Assembly (NCBI RefSeq): GCF_021869535.1
Contig: NW_026262690.1
Span: forward strand, 36,642,001-36,706,000
DNA from: Mytilus californianus
Lineage: Eukaryota
DNA length: 64,000 nucleotides
Direction of reading: 5' to 3'
Below are positions 1-12,720 of the stretch, piece after piece. The position numbers were made by a program, and so were the translations under genes. The notes beneath the pieces are model-generated. The model saw only the letters and a list, made by a program, of their open reading frames with translations. It had not been told where the DNA came from and did not search any database. Each line of letters begins with the position of its first letter. The first letter of the stretch is position 1.

Positions 1-802
1 ATGTTCCGGTTTCGTTTGTCGTCATGAACAGAATAAATGTGATGTGATGCAATAGAAGTGAAACAGATAGACTCATTAAGTTTTTACCTGGACCAGTTCG
101 TAATTTTGGGAATAAACAGTACGTTGTTAATGTCATGAGTAAAGACATGGCCGATACTACACTGCAGATAATAAATACCACAAAATATATGACGTCTGTA
201 TAATCGTTTGAATTTTTTAAAGATTCGAAATCATCCAAGCAAAGCCACAGATCATTGTTTGTGTCTATGTGATAATCGTATAATTGAAACTCATTCACAA
301 ATCCATTCACTCTCACGATGTTATCGACAGTGCTGTATTCACTAAACTTCAAAACAATATGCCTGCATAATAATAGCTTAGAGAGAAGAGGATATAACCT
401 TGGAATACATGAAATTGACTGATTTCTACTATAAATGACATCTGCGATAATCCTTTTATCCCTCATATTTATGGTATTTATATATTGGGACATATATTCA
501 CCAGATATGAATTCTAGTAATCCACGTTCAAAATCAGTACGATTCACTTGATTTACAGCTTCTATCAGGAGAAATAATATGCTACCAGAATCGTTCAAAC
601 AAAAATAGGTTGAAAATGTAATAGTCCGATTACATTGTACTTCCATGTTGGCTATAACTTTGTCAATAATCAACTCACTTTTATTCAGTTGCTCAAGTTT
701 TAGTGGCATTGTATATCCGGAAATATTAAAGAGCGAATCGTCAACACAGCGTTTTTGATGGAAATATTTACTTATGAAGCATCCAGCCGTACGACATATA
801 TC
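1..802 (-). CDS. 7TM receptor gene 1, exon 2 (membrane-proximal ectodomain, TM1-TM2; runs off window start)
   Basis: Acceptor ttttcaacAG at 803-804, then an open frame DICRTAGCFISKYFHQKRC...MEVQCNRT...LWLCLDDF...VIYFVVFIICSVVSAMSLLMTLTTYCLFPKLRTGPGKNLMSLSVSLLLHHITF to base 1 with no stop. Close paralog of 21348-22159, differing by one in-frame 12-nt indel. Confidence 0.85.
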
Positions 803-1206
803 CTGTTGAAAATAAAAAAAAGTAAATAATTATGCAATTACCGTAGAAAAAGTCCCTTTTAAATTTTCTAGCAGAATATATTGCAAATGTCACATAATAT
901 TTGAAACTTGACATCCACAAAACTACCATGTGTGAACAGATATGCATGTGTTTCTGACATTACTATCTATATCATAACTCAGCGCTTATAATATATAGGC
1001 TAGAACTGAACTTCGTAAGATCATAACATCGCTATTTGAATCATAGATATATATATATGTATATATTAAATGACTGAATAATAGCTAACGATAAATCTTA
1101 CGGGGCGATGGACCATATAAATATGATACAGTACACTACACAATATAATATATAACCAGTCTAAAAGGGTACAACATCACAAAAAAAATGACAATAAACG
1201 AACAAA

Positions 1207-1253
1207 TGTAACTATAAATATTTCGGATAACAGATATCCTTCATCAGTATAAG
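1207..1253 (-). ncRNA. degenerate hammerhead-ribozyme-like motif (family C)
   Basis: Minus strand reads CTGATGA-A-GGATA-TCTGT-TATCC-GAAA-TATTTATA: catalytic core words plus a perfect 5-bp stem II. Stem I pairing is poor. Confidence 0.45.
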
Positions 1254-1587
1254 CACGATGTAAAATGAATCAGATCAATCTATTGATTATTAAACTATAG
1301 CAATCTTGCATTCTATACAATAAAAAAAGTGAAACAGTTTCACCCGAACACCATATGTAGAGACGCTAATAAATTTTTTAAATTTCCAAAAAAACTACTC
1401 AAAGACATGCCTGAAATGAAAATAGTAATTAGAGATCGGAACTGGCACAACTCTAAAATTCCAAAATGATTAAGATGTTACAACAACTACGTGTAAATAC
1501 ATTCCCATAAAAACAGCACTGTTCGATATAAGCTGGTAAAATATGTCAAACAGAGGCTGCGTATTTATATATATATATATATATATA

Positions 1588-1800
1588 TTGCGACTGTCAT
1601 ACAAGTGAGAGGTTTAGCTAGCTATACAACCAGGTTTAGTCCACCATTTTCTACTTAAGGAAATGCCAGTACCAAGTCAGGAATATGACAGTTGTTTTCC
1701 ATTCGTTATATGTGTTTGAGCTTTTGATTTTGCCATTTTATAAAGGAATTTCCGTTTTGAATTCCCCTTGGAGTTCGGTGTTTTTGTTATTTTACTGATT
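1588..1800 (+). repeat. dispersed non-autonomous repeat (also 18955-19170 +, 33342-33568 -)
   Basis: Shared text tgcgactgtcatacaagtgagaggtttagctagctata...ccttggagttcggtg in three places. The 33342-33568 copy is absent at the paralogous site near 4060. Confidence 0.8.
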
Positions 1801-2390
1801 TTTTGTATAGCGAAGCCTCAGTACTTCAAAAGGTGTGGGAACAGAAATGCATATGAACTAGACAACGACAAATCAATCATGAAAAACATATGCTGTATAC
1901 AAAAGAAACCATGTACACCTTTTGTTTGAAGTAGTAGAAGTATCAATTAAGGTATGAACAAGTGTTTCCCATTATTTGTTGTATGGTAAAGAGTCAAAAG
2001 CATCTATTGTAATCAACATGTATTTCAATGTACCGATCTTTCAATGTGTGATCTCGTCATTCGACAGAGTAACATTTTTACGAACGATTTTAAGAGGATG
2101 TTTTATCAAAGCCGTTTTTTTGGTTCTTGAAATTGCAAAAACATTAAACTTATCCAAGCCTTTCAAAATTATTTCAATTTTATGAATAAATGAACAAGTT
2201 AATAAAGTCTGGACACTTCATTTCATAGAGAGCCAAAAAGGTGTCCCTATCAAACCTTCCCCTTTGCTATTTGTTAACACGTTTTTTCTCCAATCAATCA
2301 GTTCACCAAATGTAGTGTTTACCTATAGTCCGTCATGTGCGCGTTTCTTATACGTTAGTTGTAGTATAAGACTGGAAGCACCAATTCATA

Positions 2391-2925
2391 ATCATCTTCG
2401 CTAGCCAAGGGTAACGATCCAGTACACTCCTCTCCACCCTTGGCAGACGAAGCCAATATTTGTGATAGTAATGCTGCGCAATCTAACTGTAGTCAAAAGT
2501 CCCGTACATTCCGACTGCATCATTCTTGACCAATGGCAGTACTTGAACTCTCTTCAGTGTGGAGGTGTAAAAATGTCTGTGTCTAGTGTTTACAGATAAT
2601 TTTTTGAGACAGGAACCGAAAATATACATTGACACTAGAAAAACCCAGGAACTTCAATTAGTTGATTAAGAACTTTACAATTGTCAATAAATATCGTCCT
2701 CTGTTTTTGAGGTAAAGACTTATTGTACAATCAGCACGTGGCAATTGTTTGTTTATATTTTCTACATTTACACGTGATCATCTAAAAGGCGCTTTTTGAT
2801 TAAATACAGCCAGTTATAACTGCGACCAATGGAAATCCGTACCTCATGGATCTGAAATTCTATCTTAATCCGCCAAGGGTGGAGAGGAGGGAACTGGATC
2901 GTAACCCTTGGCTAACGAAAATGAT
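2391..2925. mobile_element. MITE with ~60-bp terminal inverted repeats and 5-bp TSD
   Basis: Left TIR atcatcttcgctagccaagggtaacgatccagtacactcctctccacccttggc matches the reverse complement of 2872-2925. TCATA flanks both ends (2386-2390, 2926-2930). Confidence 0.75.
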
Positions 2926-2977
2926 TCATAATATGTGTTTTAAATAAGAAGAATCAAAAGCTAAGCTTTGAAGAAGA

Positions 2978-2979
<2 letters not shown>

Positions 2980-3055
<76 letters not shown>

Positions 3056-3529
3056 TGATATGACGTATAAATGTTGTGTTTTGTACTTCTTAAATTTGTC
3101 TTTGTAACAATCTTATTTCCACAGAAAACGCCAATTTTTGAGAAAATATCCAAATTCGGAGACCGTTATCGATCCAAGTCTTATACGCTTTCGCGCATGC
3201 TCAGTCGACGTACTGCTCGCGAAATCCAAGTAAAATAGGAAGAAAAGATAGAAAATAGGACAGTTAGGCCTATAAGGATCCTGTATTGTATTGTAAATGT
3301 ATCATTTTGTTAAATTAAACGACATTAACCCTTTTTACTCAGGTGCAGAACTGTCCAAAAATGAAATGGACGTTGAACATGTCGAAGTGATTCTCCCCCC
3401 TTTTTCTGTGTAAACACAGGCACCCAACGTCCGGACCCCTCCCCTTTTTATGTGTAAACACAGGCACCCTTGACACTCTTTGTTTTAACACTTGCCCAAT
3501 TGTATCGCGATTTCGCGGGTATCGTCTAG
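2980..3529 (+). mobile_element. non-autonomous Helitron
   Basis: 5' A|TCTATACTACTAAA, 3' hairpin CGCGA-TT-TCGCG (3506-3517) then CTAG|T (3526-3530). These are canonical Helitron termini in an A/T target. Confidence 0.75.
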
Positions 3530-4177
3530 TTAATCTCAATATTAATAAAAGGATTGATTGATTGGTTATTGCTTGTTTAACCCTATCGACACCAAAACGA
3601 CATTTTTGTCGTTTACAGCTGGCAAGCTCTTATGACATTTTCGTCACTTTTGATCAGAACTCCCGAAACATGAAACATTTATATAAAGAACATTATTTCA
3701 CTGCAGAAGCCATTATAGTTTAGAAAAATCAACTTACTTTGTTCTGTTATTTCATATTAACCCTATACGTTCCAAAGAAAAGGAAAATTGTATCTTAGGA
3801 ATTGTATTGAGATGTTTAGATTGGTTAATGACTCGTTTTTATTTAAATAGACAATGCAATTTCCCATAGAAACTCCCTTTACGGCTAAAACTGTGCCACT
3901 TTTACTATGAAGTTTTCTTTATAAGTCTCTTTCAACGCGTTTTTAATAGTAAAACTTAGCCATTCCAGTACATAATGCAAATTCAACATTTTTGTTACAT
4001 TTGAAGTAGCCTATGACTATCAAGAGTACCAAAATGGCTGTCGGATTTTTACGGTTCAGTTTATTATTATATTATCTATTTATTTATTGAAATTATGAAA
4101 TCTTGTTAAAAAGTACTTTCAACTATACGGAACATGTTTTAAGTGTGATAAGATTCGAATTACATAAGTAAACCTAC

Positions 4178-5740
4178 CTTATAATGATCATATGTCTGTG
4201 TTTCACGGCATTGGCTTTCAAGGGTTGAATACGATTTTATACGGAAGATATTAAATGCAGGCTTTACAACAGTAACACCTGGTCCGAACCAATTCGTCTT
4301 ACTTTCTACAGAACAAATGCACATTAGGTATTCTAATGGATACCGATAGTTTTCCTTTTGAATGAAAGATTCACACTGTGGTGTAAATATTCTTAAATAC
4401 ATGTGCACCTTTGAGCAATCCGTACGACGTATTTGCGTATCGTTGCCAATTGAATAAATAATGTAATTTGTTGAAAAAACAAATGCCCAGTACATTTTCA
4501 ACAGTATTAAAACGGAATGGTTCTCCTTATCTATGACGAACATGTCGATGTCTTGTTTAGTTATATTGCAATATTCTATCATGCTAAGTTTTTCAAAAGT
4601 TGAGTAGTTTTTTTCCAGAACACTTACAGGAAGAGACATTGGACAGGATAACATAGTATGCCACCGGTAAAATTCGTGGCCGTTTGCAGTACTCTCTGAG
4701 TCAAATGTTTCGTTCTCTTTTTTGTGATTATCTTTATAATTGGAATTATCAAATAAATAATACTTGAAAGAATGTAAGGAAGTCTCCAAGTGAAACACAT
4801 TTTTCTCCGGTATGTTGTGATTATTACAAATATAACAAAATATATTCTTATAAGGATATGTGGCTTTACTTTGTTCGGCTATTCTGCATGCATTTTCTAT
4901 ATCTCGGCTATATTCCGTCCATAATCCTGTTAAATTGCACTTTGATATGATCAATCTTTCTTGAAATGTTACAGGAGGATTGCAAATATAGCAAAATATA
5001 TTTTTATAATATTTAAATCTATTTTCAAATTTGTTACATGCAAATTCGATGTCTTTATCAAATTTCAACCACGTTCTAGTGACGTTACATGTATGAATTA
5101 AGGAAAAATCAGTTTTATTGCATTGAATCACACCTATTATGCCCGGACGATACTTAATTGCTCCACACTTTTGACTAACAATAGTTTCCACAACATATTT
5201 AGCGGTTAAATGTTCAGAAGCACCATGACATGTATAAATGATATCAACATCCCATGGTATATAATCCGTTTCATTGTTGCAAAGAGCACAAAACTTGTTT
5301 CGAAATGATATTCTTGTTAATCTAGACGTGACAGGTGCATCCTGAATTTTTTGTTGAATGCTTCGTCTCTTCACACATAGTTCATTAAGTGTTGATCTTG
5401 TATTGTGGGGACACGTAGATAACATTCTGTATTCATTATAAATTTCATTCGGTTCTGATGAATATATTATATTGCTTTCACATTGCCCTATTTGACGATA
5501 TAATTCTATATCTGGGCAACAGTTAGAAGCACTGCAGTCTAGACTACGATTGCATTCCTCGCAAATATTTAATTGCTTTGGCACTGACGGAAAAGACCAG
5601 ATGTTTGAAGAACTATTATGAAAGTTCGGTCCACAAATAAGTGCATACTGGTAAAATAAATTCGTTGCGTTGACATTGAATGCATGTAATGAAACGATTG
5701 CTATATTTAGAATAAAGGTTACCACAATTAACACATTCAT
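4178..5740 (-). CDS. 7TM receptor gene 1, exon 1 (signal peptide, SMB-like and Cys-rich repeat ectodomain)
   Basis: Part of ORF 4160-5779. Hydrophobic leader MNVLIVVTFILNIAIVSLHAF, CEECNRSLDCSASNCCPD, FRNKFCALCN, and two CNxTxxWxxxxxDIExAC...YKNIFCYICN repeats. Phase-0 donor AAG|GTAGGT at 4177 matches the phase-0 acceptor at 802. ATG 5740 is shared with the paralog. Confidence 0.85.
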
Positions 5741-8614
5741 ATCTGTCTTTGATCCTACAAAATTATAAATAAACATCATTGTTCAAATAATAAAATGTAA
5801 TTATTTTCACATTTGTCGCCTTTAATCGTACTTGATGTGACAGATTAACATAAACATCAACAGCAATATAAAACTTGATACTATTTGTTAAGGAAGAAAA
5901 TCATGTTTCATGAGACTTTATCTTGAGATTTTTCAGTTCCGCTTAGTAATTTTTTTGCAAACACAACCAAACTTTAGTTGAAACCTTTTTAATTGAATTT
6001 AAACTAAATTAACTGGAAGCAAGAAACATCTGGATTAGATTTAGTTCATTTCTAGATGCAATAGTGTCAGAGGCAGCATTATATTAATTTAATTGAAATA
6101 ACAGCAAAAGCATTTAAATCGTTATTTAAGGCAACTGCATCTGTTCTGGTGCAGGTTAATGGATTTCCGAATATATAGATATAAGAAGAATGTAGTATGA
6201 GTGCCAATGAGACAACTCTCCATCCAAGTCAAATTTTATAAAATTGAACCATTATAGGTCAAAGTACGGTCAGTTTATTTTCATAGCACAGAGTTAAAAC
6301 AAAAAATGGTAAGATTTAATTAAAGAATAATGGTTTTCCATATAACAATATCCATAAAATTAAAATGGTGTACATGTACAGCTCTGCAAATACTGTTGAG
6401 ACAATTTTGATACATTGTTGTAACTTAAAAGCAATACAAAATGCAAATTAACAGTCTTACATTTAATTTTAGTTAAAAGAGAGGGGACGAGAGAGCAACG
6501 ACCAAAGGAAACGGAAACTCATATCTAAGTCTTTTACGCACAATTATATACACAACTTTAATATATATTCTTTATATCCGAAATTTAAACAAAGCGTTGA
6601 ATCAAAAGGTGAATTTGTATGCATGATAAATAAAAACATCCGATATGTAAACCATCAATTTACACAAACATACACTTGTGTGCGAAAAAGTTGACCCGTA
6701 TGGCATAACAAAATTTAATAAATGAATGCATTGTATAGGTTATACATTATATTTATAAACACAAAAGCGTGATGCCTGTAATAATTAGAAAAAAAATCTG
6801 CTGATTTTTCCAGACTATATGGAAGAATACAAACATTGAAACGTACCTTAAATATCACATGTGGAAACAGTTCCTTCTACTGTAACATGCTATCAGAAAG
6901 TGTGCTCTTCTGTTTTCCCCACGTTTTAAATTTCCATGGCAAACAAAATAATGACAAAATTAGATGATTAACGACAATTTCATATCGTCTAAATAAACAT
7001 AATAACAAAATTAATATAACCTGCCTGTAAAATGCTTTTTGAAAATTAAATTAACATGTAACTAGCGGGAATACATCTGTTGTATGTTTGCCGTTTGCAG
7101 TTCAGGTGTGTACACATGATTAATTTAGAACATTTTCTAGTATATTGTTCACTTAATTGGGAACAATATATGCATAGTACATATACCTCCTAATCCATAC
7201 TAATTATCAAAATTGTTTAAGAACAAAAAATTTGGTGATTTTGAACACATATATATTCATCCATGCCGACTCTGCATGAAATTAAAAATAGCGTAATGCC
7301 TAGAGGCTATAAACTTTTCTGGAAAAAGCACCACAATATCGTCCATCAGTTGGAAAGAGTGTCGTTAATAGCTTTAAAAAGATGTGGTATGAGTGCAACT
7401 GAGACAACTCTCTATCCAAGTCACAATTTGTAAAAGTAAACCATTATAGGTCAAAGTACGGCCTTCAACACGGTGACTTGGCTCACACCGAACAGCAAGC
7501 TATAAAGGGCCCCATAGGTCATTAAAGATGTTCCTTCCACTTTTTGTAAAAAGTGGTGTAAACGGAAGAAATCTGACAAAAAATCACTTGATTCCTATTT
7601 AAATAAATGTCTGAATATTGTGGAAATTCGTATACATGTACCATACTTCGATAATTAAAGGGTAAGTAATACATTCATTTTAAGTATTCGCAAAGCTTTT
7701 TGTATTTGTTTAGTCCAATTTTAAAAGCAGCAAACAATGTGTAGTGGTATCACGTTAATACTACATATAGATGTTCTATAGAATGGAATTATAAATGCTT
7801 CTGCATTTCAGGACATACGCTCCACTGAGAGTAAAATAGTACATAAAATGTCACTATCACATCTCACCTAAAGACTTATTCTGAACATTTGACTGTCACC
7901 CTTATCAGGGTTTAAGCTAGGATTTTAAGTGTTTTAGTCACTTTTGCGTGATAGGAAAACCGACCTTTCTTGGGAAGCAGGCTACTACTAGCAGCTTAAT
8001 ATGATATAGCTAAGGTACTTATTACATAGGGTCAAATACATGGAAAAAAACATGTGAACTTTCATTTTATTTTTTAGTATTTGATAAGTATACAAACAAA
8101 AATACAACGATAAAGATTTAAAAAAAAACAGCTGTTTTTTTTTAAAAGATACATATGTATGATTTTTGTTTTGATTGTTATGTCTCTAATGGGATTAATA
8201 GCACCCTATGTAATGGCTACTGAAACTACAAAATAAAGCCTTCACATATCGTTTCATCTTGGTTTCTAGTAAGTGACGTTTTAAATTTCAATGAACGTAA
8301 TCTATGTATAAGTGATAAATAACTAAGGATTGTATTACCACAAATTACTTAAAACTTTTACTAAGTTGGTTTTTTTTCATAGATAGAAAGATTTGGTTTG
8401 AAAGTCAGACTGTACATCGAGAATTTTTATTAAAATCGGGATATCACCCTTGTTAGATTTTTTAATATTGCGTTTATCGGAACTTAAATTGATTTTGTGT
8501 TTGATAATTTAAAACATAATTAATATGATGTATTGCTATACAGTAATGAAAATGTATGGTCCTACATCTATTCAATACCATTTACTGATATTATGGTATT
8601 TTAAAAAAATAATA

Positions 8615-9067
8615 TGGTCCAAGGACACAGTTATCGTCCTTTGGTTTTCGTTGTCTACAAATATAGTCCCTAGTGTGAACAGTGTATAACTTGCATTTTT
8701 TTTGATACACTTTCCCAATTTATTTCTTGATATTTTATGCTTGAAATATTACGTAAGGGGATGAAATTACATGTTAAAAAAATTTGGGTGCTGAATCTTT
8801 ATGTTAAGTAGTGATTTGGTCCAGTTAAAAAAGGTCAAAAATTAGAATGTCGGAAGCTGTCAAACTGATTTTTAGCCCCCCTTAACACAGAATTGTCAAT
8901 ATTTTGAGTTAGAGCTGGTAGAAGTTTCTATAATTTTGATATTATTTGTATCAATAGTAGTACACTACACTGTAAAAATCTTTTTGAGATAGAGCAGGTG
9001 CGATTTTTTTAATTTGAATTTATTGTCTAAAAGAAATGCACTACGAAATAACTGTGTTCTCGGGCCT
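8615..9067. mobile_element. MITE with TA target duplication, specific to duplication unit 1
   Basis: TIRs tggtccaaggacacagttat / ataactgtgttctcgggcct with TA on both sides. The paralogous site near 38488 is empty (taaTAtacacattttgc). Confidence 0.8.
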
Positions 9068-12000
9068 TATACACATTTTGCTTTTTAAGTCAAATAAGGA
9101 CGATTTCTACTAAATCCATATTTTCTTGTATTTCATAAACGTCTTTACAATAAATACGTTGAATGTGTACTGATTGATTATTTAGTATGGGAGACAATGA
9201 TTTATGCATTAGTTGTCATTGTCTTTGAACAAGATTTGAGTACTTGCGAGTAATCTCAGATCGGTATACTTTCTGTTTTTTGTTTTTGTTTTTTATGTAG
9301 GTAAGATATTTGTGTTTGGTACCAATCTGTTGAGTTAAGCCATTTTTAACGGATATATGCAGTTTGTTCTTATGATGTGATGTAACACCACTGTCATTGG
9401 TAAGGGGAGGACTGAGCGCTCATTGACAGGTTTAATCCCGCCACATTCTTTTTGTTCCTATTCCAAGTTTGACGCCTGTAATTCATTGGTTGTCGTTGGT
9501 TGCTGTCTGTCATATTTGTTTTTCGTTAATTGTTTTGTACATTAATCATGCCTTTGGTCTTCTCGTTTAAAATGTTTCCCATTTTGTCATGTCGAGACCT
9601 TTTATAGATTCCCATTTTGTCATGTCGAGGTCTTTTAGAGCTGACTATAGAGTATGGGTTTTGCTAATTGTTGAAGGCTGTTTGGTGACCTATAGTTGAT
9701 TTTTTTTTCTTCAATAAAACATTAACATTTGATATTAAATTAATTTTCCGAATATAACCAGAGATAAGATAGAATGATGAGGTGTAACATAAAGAAGGGA
9801 TGAATTCACAGGGGAACTTGAATATAAGTTCTCGCTATCATACCTGTCTGGAATTTTTGAGGTGGTGGTGTTCAATCTATTAGAATCATTATTAAATTAA
9901 ACTGTTGAAGATATGAAAAAGCAATGTTATAGCCAAGAAAAACATAATGATTATGCAGCTGAGAAAATATTTTTCGCAAATAAATGGAATGAAGCAACAG
10001 GAAAGACAGATACAAGAATCAATTAAAAGAAAACTATATAAATGCTTTGTTTTATGGTCTTTTTTATTTGTTTTAATACATCAATGTCGAAAGAGTAGGT
10101 CATACCTGTAGCGCATGAGTTTAAAAAATCGGAAATGTTCATCTTGAGCAACACAAATACATAAAAACGACGCGTCGATTTAAGTGCAATAATTCTAAAT
10201 GGACTTACTGTGTTCGACGGCCCAATTAATGATAGCACGATAATCGGAATGTGAAGAGGACAAAGTATAGGACTTGGATACATCGTCAAAATATGCATTT
10301 AATTTACATTCCTTTTTTCTCATTTTACAATATTTCTAAAAACTTATACATGTTACATTGTATTATTTTTCTCACTGAATTCACATTGATAGCGCATGCT
10401 TCAAGTCGTATTTATAACCTTGTTGGTATTCACAACTTTGTACGTCATTATTGTTTGCAGACAAAAAAGAAATTTTGCTTCTTTATTGGTCCTCTTTCAC
10501 TTGGACAAAGAGGATGAGCGTATCTTAAATAACATTTACCTCAACATGGAAAACACGGGAATTGGTGAAGATAGTGTTTCATCAATATGTCCGTTCTGAA
10601 CAGTTTATTGCCATTTTTAATTGTAGTTTAATGTTCATGACTCCAAGATTTACCATGCAGAATATTTCTCATAGCGAACAATGTTGTTATATCTACAAGA
10701 ATCCTAAATTCGTGAATATGCTATGATGCTGATCACTAAAATTTTTATTTCTCAATGAGTAGAATAACTGAATTTTGGAGAAGCTTTTAAAAGGACTTTA
10801 ATGCTTTTCACCTCTGATGGTTTCGATTTTTCTTCTGTTAACAGTTGCTAGTACTCTAGCCAGTTTTAAACGGTGGCGCAACTTAAAAATGGGTTATCAT
10901 GCTATTACACTAAATCCCTTAGGTTCATTTGGGGGAAGCCGCTACTCGTAAAAGAGAGGCGAAAGATACCAAAGAGATGTTCAAAATAATAAGTCGAAAA
11001 CAAACTGACAAAGCCACGGCAAAAAACGAAAAATGACGAAAAGACAAACTGTATACAAAACACTACAATGAAAACTAAAGACTGAGCAACACGACACCAA
11101 CCAAAAATCGGGTTGATCTCTTCGTAACTTACGTTATGAGGATTTCAAAAAAGGAAAACGTGGGGATAAATAAGTATATGTTTTTTCTTTTGCAGTCGAC
11201 AGTTGACACACAAAATCACTGTTCATTCATTGGTCATGATTTCAATATTAACAATGCAGAATTTTTGACATAGAGAAAACATATACAAGTTTCAAGTCCC
11301 CCTCCTTCCGAAACCACCCCCAAAATAATTATATCCGTGAAATTGCCATGATGCTAGTCTCTGAAATTTATGAATACATCAAAATTTTAAATTGATGAGA
11401 CGATCAGAACTGTAGGTACATTTACCTCAACCAAAGGCTACAATTGTTATACTATTAAACAAACAAATATTACATTAACAATGTAAAATTGAGGATTTCT
11501 AGAATGTATTTTTAGTAACATGCTGTATGCCCTGTGCAATATGCTGTTTTTGATCTATGAGAAGCTCAACACAACATTATTGGCGTGCAAACTGAGTAAA
11601 TACAAATGTTCATGTGACCTAGTAAATACTTCCTTTGTAAAATCATATCCGTTTTTTTGTTATTGTTATTGTAACGGAATACGCATATAAGATTGTTTTT
11701 ATTTTTTTTATTTTTATGTTCAGGATAGAAAAGACCCCCACCAAAAGAGAGAAGACTTGGAGGAGGTGGAAAAGATAGCGCTGAAAAAGATGACAAAAGT
11801 AAGATTTTAAAAACTGATCATATCTCTAAAGAATGTAAACCGAAACTTTTAATAAAGATTGCATACTCACAGAAGGGAATGTTTCTTTTCAGTTTACAAG
11901 TGATAAAAACCAATCATTCATGCAACCTTATTATAATTTTTCAATTGGGAAGAAGCTGTAGTTGACAGGTTTGGTGCAATATTTTAACAAATACCCAAAG

Positions 12001-12449
12001 TTAAGGGGTGTTAAAATTATTTATTGTTGCGGTTCTACTTCTAAAATTAAATGAGGCAATTTTACTTGACTTATTGAGTGACAATAACATTTTAAATCTA
12101 ACTTGCAATACGACGAGGTGCCAAAAATGTTTATTTTCTAAATTGGTTTTTGGAATTGATTTAAGTAAAAGAGGGAAATAATGACTCCTCAATGAAGGAT
12201 GGTGGATGGTCGTAAGCAAAATTACATTTTTCCTATATAGATAATGTCCTCTCACTACAGATAATTCAAAGTTTGGTGAACGCATCTGTCCCATTGAACT
12301 TGGAATAAAGAATAAAAGATACAGTTAAGTTTACCACATATTTTGTCTTACATCCAGAAAATAACAATGAAGTCGGATGTGAACCTGACGTAAAAAAAGG
12401 TGATTTCAGCTTTCCAATCGCGTGGATTTTAATTTTTTATGAAGTAACA

Positions 12450-12720
12450 TATCAGCAACATCTGCATATATAATATATATCTCCCAATTCATACGATATT
12501 CCAGAGGTTGAGGTTCCTTTCCTTGATAGATGGCTACTGCTCACTAGGAACCTATTGTACCAAGGGGTCCTATAAGTAAAATTAACGTCATCCCTTCGTA
12601 GGTTTTGTGTACGTTGTAATAAATATTTGTCACAGATGAACACGGATATGTTTCAACAGTCGAAGTCACAATGCCATCTTATTTTCCTCGATTGTGACAT
12701 CCCAAAATGAGACGTATCAT
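12450..12720 (+). mobile_element. Penelope-like RT C-terminal remnant
   Basis: Translates SNISATSAYIIYISQFIRYSRG, similar to SNIPTSPAYGIY...YSRAC of the 17.1-18.6 kb element. Confidence 0.55.

Larger units (their letters stand above)
3910..11136. repeat. segmental duplication unit 1 (paralog of 33190-40895)
   Basis: Continuous colinear similarity (roughly 90-95% by eye) from the intron end through exon 1 and ~5.4 kb upstream, ending at ...cgtaacttacgttat in both copies. Confidence 0.9.

Noticed and set aside
4160-4177. ORF read as a stand-alone secreted protein ending VGLLM*
   Set aside because: The tail begins at a consensus donor AAG|GTAGGT conserved in both paralogs and matched by an in-phase downstream exon.
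5741-5779. Upstream in-frame ATGs extending the ORF (MMFIYNFVGSKTD)
   Set aside because: The paralog has a 14-nt insertion just upstream of the shared ATG that breaks this extension, and the signal peptide starts at MNVL.
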